This document shows positions 7,179 through 16,709 of a DNA stretch of 52,884 bases, piece after piece; the first letter of the stretch is position 1; each line of letters begins with the position of its first letter. The translations under genes and the position numbers were made by a program. Location of the stretch: IMG/VR virus record IMGVR_UViG_3300037247_001071, positions 1 through 52,884 of that record. One strand, 5' to 3'. The notes beneath the pieces are model-generated. The model saw nothing but the letters and a program-made list of their open reading frames with translations. It searched no databases and had not been told where the DNA came from. Source of the DNA: a virus. Its lineage: Duplodnaviria > Caudoviricetes.

Positions 7179-7789
7179 TCCACATCCGCATCCCCGACAT
7201 CTTCAACCAGGGCCCTCGCCACGCACTCGCGAAGAGCATCTGGGCCGCCGCGGCTGATCACTGGGGCGACGAGGTCGCGATTGACATGTACCCCCACCAG
7301 GGCACGCACAGGGACGCCCTGCGTAGTTGGTGGTTCCACGCGCACAAGCACCCGGACACCGTCCAGGTTTTCACCGAGACCGATTTCCTCCCAGAACCCA
7401 CCTTCCTGAAGGCCGCCCGCGCCGACGCCGCTCTCTACGGCCTCACGGGACCCCAGGCGCGCCACCGGGACTGTGGGAAGAGTTTGCCGGTGGATCACTC
7501 TCCCCAGGCCGGCGCGTGGCTGCTGGTAGCGGCCCCCGAGAGGATCCGGCAGCTAGATTTCTCCTCCAGCGAGCCCGGCCGGTCTTTACCCGAGGAGTGC
7601 CCCGGCATGAACCTCTTGGCCGGCGAGTGGCAGGATCCTGGCCTCTACTACCCCGGCTACGGCCTTCACACCTTCTGGAGCCGCGCCTGGCATGACGACG
7701 CCCCAGCCGGCGGCGCCTTCGACCTCGAAGACATCCGCCAGAAGATCGATGTCCATCTGCAGCACTACAGGGAGATCTGGAATGTCTGA
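7175..7789 (+). CDS. Hypothetical protein, possibly a degenerate GT-A glycosyltransferase
   Basis: VFTETDF (DxD-like) and a late HTFWSR motif; GTGA coupling. Confidence 0.4.
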   Translation: MIHIRIPDIFNQGPRHALAKSIWAAAADHWGDEVAIDMYPHQGTHRDALRSWWFHAHKHPDTVQVFTETDFLPEPTFLKAARADAALYGLTGPQARHRDCGKSLPVDHSPQAGAWLLVAAPERIRQLDFSSSEPGRSLPEECPGMNLLAGEWQDPGLYYPGYGLHTFWSRAWHDDAPAGGAFDLEDIRQKIDVHLQHYREIWNV

Positions 7790-9377
7790 GCGCCAGGAGA
7801 AGGAACGCTTCCTCCTCGCCATGCGCGAGAAGGCCCGTCGCGAGGGTGCCGCCCCCCTCATTTACTACACGCCCCACACGGGCCAGAAGCGCTTTCACCG
7901 CGCCCTGGAGGACTACAGAATCGTCATCGCGCACCCTGGCAACCGGTGGGGCAAATCCCATGCCAATGCCGCCGAAGTGGTGGCTCACATGTACGGTTAC
8001 CGGCCGTGGCTGGTCCCGGGCCTGCAACTCATCGCCGAGGGCGACTACCCTCCGCGCTCCTCGATCCCGCCGGAATACTGGATCCGCCGGGCGGACGGTG
8101 TTCCCCTGCAGCTCCCAAACAAACACCTCTGCGCCACCGGTCTCCCCGCGCGTCAGGGGATCCTAGGCACCATGTGGCCCAAGATCGAGTCCTTTTTCCC
8201 GCCGGCCGTTCGCGCCCACCCCAACTTCCGCTGCAACCGCGGCGCACAGTCTGTGCCCTTGCTCCTCCGCCTGCCGCCCGAGCTGAACACGTTCGGCGGG
8301 GAGATCCACTTCGCCTCCGGCGAGCAGGACCCCATGGCCTACGAGGCGCAATCCTTCGGGTCCGCCAGTTTCGACGAACCCCCGAAGCGCGCCATCTGGG
8401 CGCCGCTGTGGCGGGGACTCACGGATCTCATGGCGCGCCTCTGGATGACGTGTACGCCCATCGGACCCAATGCCCCCTGGATCTTCGAGATCTTCATCAT
8501 GCGGGGTGACGAACTCGACGTCACTATCGCCGCGATCCAAGGCTCCATCCACGACAACCCGCACCTGAGTGCGCGCTCGAAACACGAGTTCCTGGAGGGC
8601 GGCGGGTTCACCCAGGAGGAACGCGAAGCCCGGGAGTCCGGGACCTGGAGCCATCTCACCCACCGCGCCTTCCCGCAGTTCGATGCCGGGATCCACATCG
8701 TGCCCGAGGACAGCCCTATGCCCCCACGCGGCGTCGTCGGGGTAGCCTGCGATCCCGCCCACCGGCGGCCCTTCTTCTTCGTCTGGGGGATCTGGCACTC
8801 GGATGGAGAGCTCTACATCTACGACGAGTGGCCCCATGAGGACCACGCCTCGATGCGTACCAGCCCCCACACCATCCCCGACTACGCCCGCATCGTCCGG
8901 GCTGCTGAGAATGGCCGCGAGCCCCACTATCGCTGCCTCGATCCTCGCTTCGGCGCCGCGGCCCCGCGCATCAAGGGGGAGGTCCATACCACGATCCAAG
9001 AGGACTTCTCCAAGGAGCGCATGTACTTCGACTGTCGCATGGAGGGCACTGAGCGCGAGGAGATCGGGATCGAGAAGATCCGTCAGATGCTCTCCTGGGA
9101 CAAAGAACAAGCGTTGAGCCCTTGGAACCGCCCGAAGCTCCGCGTGAATGCCAAGTGCAAAAACACCATTGCCGCCCTAGCGTACTCTGTCTTCACGACC
9201 TCCCGCGACCCTGACATTCTGCCCGAGAAGATGGCCGAGCGCTACAAGGATGCCAGGGACGCTCTGAGGTACCTGATCCTCTTCCCTTGGATTCCCGAGG
9301 ACGTCGATAGCGACTCGTACTCCTACATCGACGATGAGACCCTTCGGAGGGAGAACGATGGTGATTGGTTCCACTAG
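7782..9377 (+). CDS. terL: Terminase large subunit
   Basis: Walker A GNRWGKS, Walker B SFDEPP, motif III MTCTP, DNPHL, nuclease ACDP and KDARDALRY; start at ATG 7782. Confidence 0.92.
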   Translation: MSERQEKERFLLAMREKARREGAAPLIYYTPHTGQKRFHRALEDYRIVIAHPGNRWGKSHANAAEVVAHMYGYRPWLVPGLQLIAEGDYPPRSSIPPEYWIRRADGVPLQLPNKHLCATGLPARQGILGTMWPKIESFFPPAVRAHPNFRCNRGAQSVPLLLRLPPELNTFGGEIHFASGEQDPMAYEAQSFGSASFDEPPKRAIWAPLWRGLTDLMARLWMTCTPIGPNAPWIFEIFIMRGDELDVTIAAIQGSIHDNPHLSARSKHEFLEGGGFTQEEREARESGTWSHLTHRAFPQFDAGIHIVPEDSPMPPRGVVGVACDPAHRRPFFFVWGIWHSDGELYIYDEWPHEDHASMRTSPHTIPDYARIVRAAENGREPHYRCLDPRFGAAAPRIKGEVHTTIQEDFSKERMYFDCRMEGTEREEIGIEKIRQMLSWDKEQALSPWNRPKLRVNAKCKNTIAALAYSVFTTSRDPDILPEKMAERYKDARDALRYLILFPWIPEDVDSDSYSYIDDETLRRENDGDWFH

Positions 9378-9401
9378 ACCCTGTAGAGAGGAGGTTCCCA
9401 T

Positions 9402-9671
9402 ATGCGTAGTTTCGTATTCGCGGCCATCCTGGCGGTGGCCATTTCGGGCTGTGTAGGCGGCCCTGACGTTTTGAGAGACCCGGACACCGGCGAGATCGCT
9501 CGGCCTGTCATCGAAGTGGTCGCCGATCTACTGGCTGAAGGCGCGCCTGGGGCAGCCGCGTCCGGCGGAGCCACTTTGCCCGCACTGGGCATTGCTGCGG
9601 CCGTCGCGGCGCTCATTGCGTACCGCAAGCGCAAGGTCATCTTGGCCAAAATTGCGTCCCGTGGTCCGTAG
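9402..9671 (+). CDS. Lipoprotein with a C-terminal transmembrane helix
   Basis: Signal peptide plus lipobox ISG-C17; C-terminal LPALGIAAAVAALIAY followed by RKRK; GAGGAGG RBS. Confidence 0.65.
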   Translation: MRSFVFAAILAVAISGCVGGPDVLRDPDTGEIARPVIEVVADLLAEGAPGAAASGGATLPALGIAAAVAALIAYRKRKVILAKIASRGP

Positions 9672-9691
9672 AACGGCCAGAATAATGAACA

Positions 9692-9729
9692 GGGGAGGGC
9701 ACCCAGCGCTGCGGCGACGGGCTCTCCCC
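9692..9729 (+). other. GC-rich RNA hairpin immediately 5' of the tRNA
   Basis: GGGGAGGGC pairs with GCTCTCCCC; apical CGC-TGCG-GCG forms a UNCG-type tetraloop. Confidence 0.5.
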
Positions 9730-9734
9730 ACTGT

Positions 9735-9809
9735 ACAGGGAAGGCCGCTGGCGGCCCGTCCGGTTTCATATGCCGGGCTCCGCGGGTTCGATTCCCGCTC
9801 CCTGCACCA
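9735..9809 (+). tRNA. Atypical tRNA with CAU anticodon (Met/fMet or Ile2)
   Basis: Acceptor ACAGGGA/TCCCTGC plus ACCA; anticodon arm CCGGT-TTCATAT-GCCGG; T arm GCGGG-TTCGATT-CCCGC; non-canonical D region. Confidence 0.75.
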
Positions 9810-9827
9810 TTTGAAAGAGAGCACGAG

Positions 9828-10067
9828 ATGACTGATAGTTTCGACATGACGAAGGCGCGCCCCGAGAACTTCGAGGGCTTCATCAGAGCCAGAAAAAAGC
9901 CAGTGGAGATTGACGCGCTCCAGGTGAACTTGTCAGAAGGCTTTGTTGTCCACACGAAGGAAGGTAGCATGCGGGGTAAGTGCGGCGACTACCTCATCAT
10001 CGGTGTCGAGGGGGAACCGTATCCCTGCGACAAAGACATCTTCGAGAAGACCTATACGGTAGATTAA
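9828..10067 (+). CDS. PGDYG-like conserved small phage protein
   Basis: TKEGSM...GDYLIIGVEGEPYPCDKDIFEKTY. Confidence 0.75.
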   Translation: MTDSFDMTKARPENFEGFIRARKKPVEIDALQVNLSEGFVVHTKEGSMRGKCGDYLIIGVEGEPYPCDKDIFEKTYTVD

Positions 10068-10068
10068 C

Positions 10069-10857
10069 ATGGCATCGATCTCGGTCCGGCAAGTCGGCTT
10101 CCTCCTACGCGTGCACCGCCGCAGCGAATGGCTATCCGTCATCTTCTCCCAGATGCGGCAGGTCGCACGCGGACGGCGTGCCCACCTCGTCATCATGGCA
10201 GACCGACCATCCCCCAATGTGATCAGCGCACTCGCGAAGATCGAACGGCTGAAACCCGACAACTTCGACTTCACCCTCCTGGAGTGCCCGGAGCCCATCC
10301 GTACATCACAGGGATGCCGCTGGACCGAGACGATGCAGTTCATGTACCGCCACCTCCGTGAGGACGGGGCCTCCGGCGCCGGCATGCTGTGGGACGACGA
10401 CATCATCCTCTCGGACGTTGCCCTCCAGGAGATCCGCGCTCACCTGAATTTCATGGACGTGGACCGAGTCGAGGCCGACTGGTTCAACATCTGCAACGAG
10501 GAGGCGACTCACTACGACAGCGGGTTCCTCCGACATACTGGCACGCATCTCTTCCGCATCTACAAGGACGACGACTTCAGCGACATCCTCACGAGGACGA
10601 TGGGAGGTGGGGGTACGCAATCCCCCATCTTCGTCGCACGCTCTGCGAATTTCGTCCACATGAAAGGGCGCATTCTCCACATGGGGTACTGCAGTCCGGA
10701 TCACCGACAACTAGCCTGGAATGCGGCAAAAGCCTGCGGCCAGACAGATGGTTACTTCCGACATCTCTTCCGCGAGCCTGTGCCGAAAGTGTGCAGTGGG
10801 CCGACGATGACGAGTGAGGCTCTGACCAAGCATCTGGCCCAAGGCGCCGCGCTGTAA
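10069..10857 (+). CDS. Putative GT-A fold (GT2-like) glycosyltransferase
   Basis: VIMAD, LWDDD (DxD), HLFR, ILHMGY. Confidence 0.6.
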   Translation: MASISVRQVGFLLRVHRRSEWLSVIFSQMRQVARGRRAHLVIMADRPSPNVISALAKIERLKPDNFDFTLLECPEPIRTSQGCRWTETMQFMYRHLREDGASGAGMLWDDDIILSDVALQEIRAHLNFMDVDRVEADWFNICNEEATHYDSGFLRHTGTHLFRIYKDDDFSDILTRTMGGGGTQSPIFVARSANFVHMKGRILHMGYCSPDHRQLAWNAAKACGQTDGYFRHLFREPVPKVCSGPTMTSEALTKHLAQGAAL

Positions 10858-10867
10858 AGGAACAGAC

Positions 10868-12919
10868 ATGGCACTCTCTCGTGGGAACCCGATCTCGATC
10901 GAGGTACTCCAGGTCGCGCAAGCGATCGATGACGTGGAGTTGATGAAGCAGATCAAAGAGTTGATCCTCGACATCCGCGCCACAGACCAAGAACTCATAG
11001 GCTGGCTGCAGAAGCAAGCAGAGCTCGTTCGCATTCGCCTCGGCAGCCGCAAGGGGCGTAACATCCCCTGGAAGAACGCCTCGAACATCAACGTCCCTCT
11101 CATCGACGGCATCATTCGTCGCTGGCGCCCAGGCGTTGCGAGTTTGGTTCTCGATGCCGAGCCGGTTGCGTTCTTCACGGCCCAGTCTCCGAGTGACTTC
11201 GAGGCCGCCCGCTCGGCGGAGAAGTTTTTCACGTACCTCGTTCTCACTTACATGGAGTCGACCTACCCCGTCATCCAGCTCGTCGATCTCGTCGCTTGGC
11301 GTGGACACGCATACACGCGCGAGGGTTGGAAGTACGAAACGTCGCGCGAGGCGCGGGTGGTACCGATCGCGCATCTCTTCCCGAATGGCCTCACGCAGAC
11401 TGTGCAACAAATGCAACAACAGGCCGCGCGGACCCAGCAGGATCCCCCGACCGCCGAAGACATCGTGATGACCGCACTGGAGAGCGAGTATCAACTCGAC
11501 CGCCAGGACGAGCGCGAAGGCCCGATGCTCCTTGCCGCCGTCACCAGGATCCTTGCCGGCCAGGAGTACATCAAGCTCGTGTACCGGAAGGTCGCCATCG
11601 ACCGCCCAGACTGGGCCCCGATCGATCCCCTCAACGTCATTGTGCCCCAGAACCAAAACCCAGAGAAGGCCGACTTCTTCTGCCAGATCCACCACATGAC
11701 GCGCGACCAACTCAAGGCCATGGCCATAGACGGGCACCTGCCCGCGGGGCGCGTTGACAAATTGTTGAAGGGTATCTCCGGCGACAGTGAGGCGGCAGCT
11801 GGCGTGCCCACCACGGATGGCATGCGCGACCGCATCCAGGACATCATGGACCGCGTTGCCGGTAGGTCCCGCCGCGCGAATACCCGTCAGGGCAAGATCG
11901 GCAAGATCATCATCTGGGAGATCTTCGCCCGCTTGGACATCAACGGCGACGGCGAACGCGAGCGTTGCATCGTGTGGTACGCTCCCGGTGGCAAGAGCGA
12001 CGGGAGTGATCCTATCGAAGGGCAGGTCCTGGCGGTCCTCGATTACCCCTACCCCTTCGACACGTGGCCGATCACCCTCTACCCCTTCGAGGCCGCGGCC
12101 CGCCCCATCGACAATCGCGGGATCGCCGACATGCTGCGGCCCCTGCAGAAGGTCGTCACCGCTTTCCACAATGCCCGGATCGATGCCTCGCAGATCGTGC
12201 TCGCGCCTGTTCTCCTGATGCGGGTGTCCGGTGGGAACTACCGCAAGAGCATCAAGTGGCAGCCGGGCTCCGTCATCCCCGTGGCCAGCACCCAGGACAT
12301 CTTGCCGTTGACCCAGAACCTCGCGATTTTGGCCGGCCTTCTCCAGGAGGAGCAAGTTAACCAGCGCCTTGCGGAGACCTACGTGGGCGTGTTCGACGCG
12401 ACCCTGACGAACCTCCAGCAGCGCGGGGAGCGCCGGACAGCCGCCGAGGTGAACGCGATCCAAGGCATCTCCTCGAACATCTTCGGCCTCGACGCCAAGA
12501 TCTTCCAGGTGGCCCTCTCGAAGAGCTTCACCAAGCTCTGGCAACTCTACGTGGATCTCGGGCCAACCGAGCTCTTCTTCCGCGTGACCGAGGAAGAGCT
12601 CCCGAGGATTGCCCGAAAGCACGAGATCAACCGGTCCTACGACATCCGGGCCGCGGGCACCCCGGCGAATACCAACCGGTCCTTCCAGATCTCCGCCCTG
12701 GAGCGGATCATGTCCTCGCCGTTGACCCTCCCGCTGATGCAGGCCGGCCGCCTCGACGGCGCCGAACTCTTCCGTCAGTGGGTACAACTCGTGGACTACA
12801 ACGTGGCCAAGCGCATCATCCGGTCCGAGGAGGAGGGCGCCAACGTCCAGCTCGTCCTGGAAGCCGCCCAGCAGGCGGCCGAGCAGCGGGGCGTTGAGCC
12901 GCCGCCGCCGATCATCTAA
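10868..12919 (+). CDS. Portal protein
   Basis: 683 aa after TerL; PWKNASN, RGIADMLRPLQ, RRTAAEV motifs typical of podovirus portals. Confidence 0.88.
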   Translation: MALSRGNPISIEVLQVAQAIDDVELMKQIKELILDIRATDQELIGWLQKQAELVRIRLGSRKGRNIPWKNASNINVPLIDGIIRRWRPGVASLVLDAEPVAFFTAQSPSDFEAARSAEKFFTYLVLTYMESTYPVIQLVDLVAWRGHAYTREGWKYETSREARVVPIAHLFPNGLTQTVQQMQQQAARTQQDPPTAEDIVMTALESEYQLDRQDEREGPMLLAAVTRILAGQEYIKLVYRKVAIDRPDWAPIDPLNVIVPQNQNPEKADFFCQIHHMTRDQLKAMAIDGHLPAGRVDKLLKGISGDSEAAAGVPTTDGMRDRIQDIMDRVAGRSRRANTRQGKIGKIIIWEIFARLDINGDGERERCIVWYAPGGKSDGSDPIEGQVLAVLDYPYPFDTWPITLYPFEAAARPIDNRGIADMLRPLQKVVTAFHNARIDASQIVLAPVLLMRVSGGNYRKSIKWQPGSVIPVASTQDILPLTQNLAILAGLLQEEQVNQRLAETYVGVFDATLTNLQQRGERRTAAEVNAIQGISSNIFGLDAKIFQVALSKSFTKLWQLYVDLGPTELFFRVTEEELPRIARKHEINRSYDIRAAGTPANTNRSFQISALERIMSSPLTLPLMQAGRLDGAELFRQWVQLVDYNVAKRIIRSEEEGANVQLVLEAAQQAAEQRGVEPPPPII

Positions 12920-13119
12920 TGTGGTGCCCCAAGTGCAAGAGGTCTGTGGGAGTGATAGTCACCCTGGAGAAAGTCGAGGGATGGCTGAATAAGGAGGACG
13001 ACTGCGATATGTACCCTGAGATGGGGGGCCAATGTGCGAACCAGGACGGCCCGGCGGAGTGCAGCGAATGTCAATATAAGGCCCCTCTTCGGGACTTTGG
13101 CGAGGATAGAAGAACATGA
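12919..13119 (+). CDS. Small Zn-ribbon protein
   Basis: CPKC...CSEC; TAATG and ATGA coupling on the two sides. Confidence 0.55.
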   Translation: MWCPKCKRSVGVIVTLEKVEGWLNKEDDCDMYPEMGGQCANQDGPAECSECQYKAPLRDFGEDRRT

Positions 13120-13379
13120 GCCAGCACGACGAACGCCCCATGACAGAAGACGAGAGGTTCAGGGCCGGATATGCCCTGCTCTCTTCCCCAGACTTTCGGG
13201 TCATTTCAGACCTTCTCTACGACATGGAGCAAGAAGCCGTGCGGGCTCTACGGGGTGATCTCGGCAACCCCCAGGACCACGTCCTGACCATCCGCGCAGT
13301 CGATCGCTTCCGTACATCAATTCGCGCTCTCGCCGAGCTAACCGGGGTCAGAGAAGATCCCATCCGAAGGGAAGTCTGA
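13116..13379 (+). CDS. Small head-assembly-region protein
   Basis: Located between portal and scaffold; helical. Confidence 0.6.
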   Translation: MSQHDERPMTEDERFRAGYALLSSPDFRVISDLLYDMEQEAVRALRGDLGNPQDHVLTIRAVDRFRTSIRALAELTGVREDPIRREV

Positions 13380-13380
13380 A

Positions 13381-14169
13381 ATGGCAGACGAACCAAAAAA
13401 GGAAGGCTCCGACCAGGAGCCTGGCGGAGTAGAGAAGCGCATCGCGCAACTCACTCGACAGAAACATGATGCAACGAGGCGCGCTGAAGGTGCGGAGGCG
13501 CAAACGACGGCTCTCTCCGGACAGATCGTCTCGCTGCAATCGACGGTGGACAAGCTCACTTCGCGTCTCGCCAGTCCTGCTCAACCCGCGCCTGCCGGCG
13601 ACCCGCTGGCGGCACTCCTCGGGAGCAAGGACAAGGGAGACCAGACTGCGCAGCCCGCGGGCCAGCCAGTTGACATCGAAGCCGTTGTCAAGAGCGCCGT
13701 CAACGAGGCCCTTGCACCACTGGTGGAAGGCCGCAAGCAGGAAGCCGAAGCAGCCCAACTGGCACAAGCGCAATCGCGCAGTTACCAGGAAGCCGCCAAG
13801 GAGTTCCTCCCGCAAGCACTTGTGGACGGAAGCGTAGAGCAATCTACCTTCGACGCAGTGTTCAGCCGGAGTCCCGCTTTGCAGCTCGATCCAGATGGGC
13901 CGGCTATCGCCCTCGCCGCTGTGGCGGGGATCCTTAGCCAAGGAGCACGAACGACTCAGGAGCAAGAGTCGAAGAAGCAGGCCGCCACTATGCCTGCCAC
14001 GGTACCGAACGTGCTTGCACGTATCGGCGATCTTCCATCCGGCAAAGCAGATACGAAGGAAGCAGTTCAAGCTCTTGCTGAGAAAGGCCAGAGCCAGGGA
14101 CTGACGACCAACGAGCTTGCCGCGATGATCGGTCTACAAACGGGCAGGGCCAAACTGACCGAGGAGTAA
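13381..14169 (+). CDS. Capsid scaffolding protein
   Basis: GVEKRIAQLTRQK coiled coil; directly precedes the major capsid gene. Confidence 0.75.
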   Translation: MADEPKKEGSDQEPGGVEKRIAQLTRQKHDATRRAEGAEAQTTALSGQIVSLQSTVDKLTSRLASPAQPAPAGDPLAALLGSKDKGDQTAQPAGQPVDIEAVVKSAVNEALAPLVEGRKQEAEAAQLAQAQSRSYQEAAKEFLPQALVDGSVEQSTFDAVFSRSPALQLDPDGPAIALAAVAGILSQGARTTQEQESKKQAATMPATVPNVLARIGDLPSGKADTKEAVQALAEKGQSQGLTTNELAAMIGLQTGRAKLTEE

Positions 14170-14173
14170 CCTT

Positions 14174-15130
14174 TTGGCCAACCTTGTAACCTGGGACGAG
14201 TTTACTGCTGGCGCACGCCCTCAGGGCGGCACCATTGCGGAAACCGTCCTGGCAGAGGTCACGAACCTCATCTCCAAAGAGCGTCCGCTGTTGTCCATGA
14301 TCGGATCGCAGCCGGTGACCAACACGTATGTCGAGTTGCTCACTGACCTCTTGGGGACTCGTGGTCTCAACGCCCAAGTCGAAGGCGCGGCGGCAACTAA
14401 CCCCGCGCTCCAACAGCCCGTACGTCACTTTGCGCACGTTCAATCGTTCGCCAAGTGGGGTGTGGTTTCCGACGAGCAACGTCTCGTGGGGCACTACAAC
14501 GGCGACCCGTTCACTTACCAGGTGGCGAAGTCCGTTGATGAGCTGATGAACGACATCGAACACGCACTGCATCGCGGTTCCGCGATCACCGGTGCGACCG
14601 ACGCCGCGCGTCAACTTCATGGGATGCTCAACATCTTCTCCGGGCAGTCCGGTACCGCTACCTTCACGGATAGCTCCGGTACCACGCTGACCGAAGAGGT
14701 CTTCGTTGACCTCCTGCAGGTGTTCCGGGACCAGCGTCTGGGTATCCGCCCGACGCAGTGCTACGTCAACACGTTCCTCAAGCGTACCATCTCTGAGTAC
14801 TCGACCCGCGTTACGCGGAACATCGACGCCGCGGAGAAGGCCCAGATGCTCATCGTCGAACGCCACGAAAGTGACTTCGGCGCCATGGACATCCTCTACA
14901 CTGAGGACCAGCTCGTGTCGGCCTCGAAGACGACCTTCGGCAACTCGCTGATGTTCATCCAACCCGACAAGTTCGCCGTCGGCTGGCTCCGGCCGCCCAC
15001 GGTGGAACAACTTTCTCGGGACGGTCTCCGTGACCGCTTCCAGATCAACGCGCAGGCGACCCTGCTCTATGATCACGAGAAAGGTGGCGGTGGAGGCACC
15101 GGCTTCGTCGCGTACATCAACCAAGCCTAA
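14174..15130 (+). CDS. Major capsid protein (HK97 fold, SU10/DUF5309-like)
   Basis: 318 aa; TTG start after GAGGAG; YQVAKSVDELMNDIEHAL, ESDFG, WLRP; followed by a terminator. Confidence 0.88.
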   Translation: MANLVTWDEFTAGARPQGGTIAETVLAEVTNLISKERPLLSMIGSQPVTNTYVELLTDLLGTRGLNAQVEGAAATNPALQQPVRHFAHVQSFAKWGVVSDEQRLVGHYNGDPFTYQVAKSVDELMNDIEHALHRGSAITGATDAARQLHGMLNIFSGQSGTATFTDSSGTTLTEEVFVDLLQVFRDQRLGIRPTQCYVNTFLKRTISEYSTRVTRNIDAAEKAQMLIVERHESDFGAMDILYTEDQLVSASKTTFGNSLMFIQPDKFAVGWLRPPTVEQLSRDGLRDRFQINAQATLLYDHEKGGGGGTGFVAYINQA

Positions 15131-15145
15131 CGTAGGCTGAAACAA

Positions 15146-15191
15146 AGGGTGGTCGTCTTCGTCGCGAATGGAGGCGACCGCCCTATTTTTT
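15146..15191 (+). terminator. Rho-independent terminator after the capsid gene
   Basis: AGGGTGGTCGTCTTC / GGAGGCGACCGCCCT stem followed by ATTTTTT. Confidence 0.85.
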
Positions 15192-15203
15192 CAGAGGACA
15201 TCG

Positions 15204-15713
15204 ATGACGCATCTTTCTAACCAGATACTGTCCCAGCTTGTCGCAATGGCAGCGGACGTGGCTACCATTGCCGCCGTTGGAGGAGGATTCACCATGTCGG
15301 GTGTAAGACTAACCCGCACCTCTCTAATGAGTTTTACCGATGGATTAGGCGCTCCCGTGGAGTGGCAAACCGAAGACCTTGATGATGGTGATTGGGCAGA
15401 TCTAGTAGTTGATGACAAGATCATCACTGTACCCTCGGGTATCACGCGCATCATTATTTCAGCCGGCATACGGTGGGTCGGTAGCTCAGTTGGGCAGCGC
15501 GAGGGCTCGATACTCAAAAACGGTGGCACCAATGTGGTAACGACTAACTGGGACGCTACAAGCGTAGGTGAATGGGCTGCCACGCTCACCACCGGAGTCC
15601 TCGACGTGGTGGCTGGTGAAACGTACCAACTGCAGCTGACCCAAACCAGCGGGGGCGCTCTTAACCTCGTTCCCTCCGGTTCTTTCCTGTCTGCGTTTGC
15701 ATTGGATGCCTAA
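15204..15713 (+). CDS. Putative head fibre/decoration protein (C1q/TNF-like beta domain)
   Basis: ITVPSG...ILKNG...LDVVAGETYQL beta pattern; ATG at 15204 after GAGG. Confidence 0.5.
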   Translation: MTHLSNQILSQLVAMAADVATIAAVGGGFTMSGVRLTRTSLMSFTDGLGAPVEWQTEDLDDGDWADLVVDDKIITVPSGITRIIISAGIRWVGSSVGQREGSILKNGGTNVVTTNWDATSVGEWAATLTTGVLDVVAGETYQLQLTQTSGGALNLVPSGSFLSAFALDA

Positions 15714-15721
15714 GGGAGCCC

Positions 15722-16270
15722 ATGACTTCAGGAGTCCAAAAAGACATCAAGCGCTATCAGTCGTTGCAAGTCGACGGCCTTCCTTTCTGGCAATTCGCCG
15801 GCATATCAGGATCAACGGCAGTGAGTGATGTAGAGATGATTCTAGATCATTCGGGTGCCGCCCAAGATTATTCTCTAATCCCACCCACCGGACAGATCTG
15901 GAAAGTCTCTCGAATGATAGTGTTTCTGCGGGACACCGGGCAGTACGCCGCAGAGAAATACGGAGCCGGCGCAGCGTTGACTAACGGGGTGCGCGTTTAT
16001 CACAGGAACTCTGCTGGGGCCGTAATCAAAGAACTCACGGGATCCCCTGTGAAAGAGAATGCTTCGTGGAGTGCTCACTGTCACGATGTGAACTTCTTCG
16101 ACTTTGGCGTGGGCGATAGTTTCCTCTCCGCTCGTTGGACTTTCCGAAGAGGAGGCCGGGCTTTGACACTTGATGGTACTGCAGGTGAGTACTTGGCTAT
16201 CAGGGGTAACGACGACTTCACCTTCTTACAGAACCACAGCTTCAAGTGTGATGGATACGTGGAGGCATAG
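15722..16270 (+). CDS. Hypothetical beta-rich virion-associated protein
   Basis: GGGAG RBS; beta-sandwich-like composition; position after the capsid gene. Confidence 0.55.
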   Translation: MTSGVQKDIKRYQSLQVDGLPFWQFAGISGSTAVSDVEMILDHSGAAQDYSLIPPTGQIWKVSRMIVFLRDTGQYAAEKYGAGAALTNGVRVYHRNSAGAVIKELTGSPVKENASWSAHCHDVNFFDFGVGDSFLSARWTFRRGGRALTLDGTAGEYLAIRGNDDFTFLQNHSFKCDGYVEA

Positions 16271-16304
16271 CACGGCTTGCTTGTCTATGGGATCGTGAAG
16301 AGTT

Positions 16305-16709
16305 GTGAGGACGATGATAGATAAACCCGACTACGTGAAGGCGCGCGAGGGCAAACCCCTCATTCGTTCGCTTGCCAGTTCTAAAGCCGACCTACGCAGA
16401 CGGCGCGACTTGATCCGCCAGACGGTGCAGGCGTGGTATAACCTGAACCCCCGGTATGCAAAGTGGATGGCGACCTTCCTCAAGGAGATCACCAAAGTGG
16501 AGCACACCGGCGGCAAGTGGCGCAACGGTAAGGGCCACTGCTCCCTGCGCCTGCCTCGCGAATTGTTCATCTCCCTGCGAAAGGTCTTCCAGATCCACGC
16601 CCCAGACATGGAGCCGTTCGCAACCGACGACCTCGACATCAAAATTCTCTGCGAAGAGTTCCCCAACCTCATGCCGACGGGAAACCGCGGCCGGATCCGA
16701 AAGGACTAA
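16305..16709 (+). CDS. Hypothetical basic protein
   Basis: Operon packing; precedes the glycosyltransferase. Confidence 0.6.
   Translation: MRTMIDKPDYVKAREGKPLIRSLASSKADLRRRRDLIRQTVQAWYNLNPRYAKWMATFLKEITKVEHTGGKWRNGKGHCSLRLPRELFISLRKVFQIHAPDMEPFATDDLDIKILCEEFPNLMPTGNRGRIRKD

Noticed and set aside
10589-12787. Long antisense ORFs (732 aa here; also 16669..18030, 18133..19323, 40825..42624, 13988..15145)
   Set aside because: They are shadows of strongly GC3-biased genes on the opposite strand, with no motifs or RBS.
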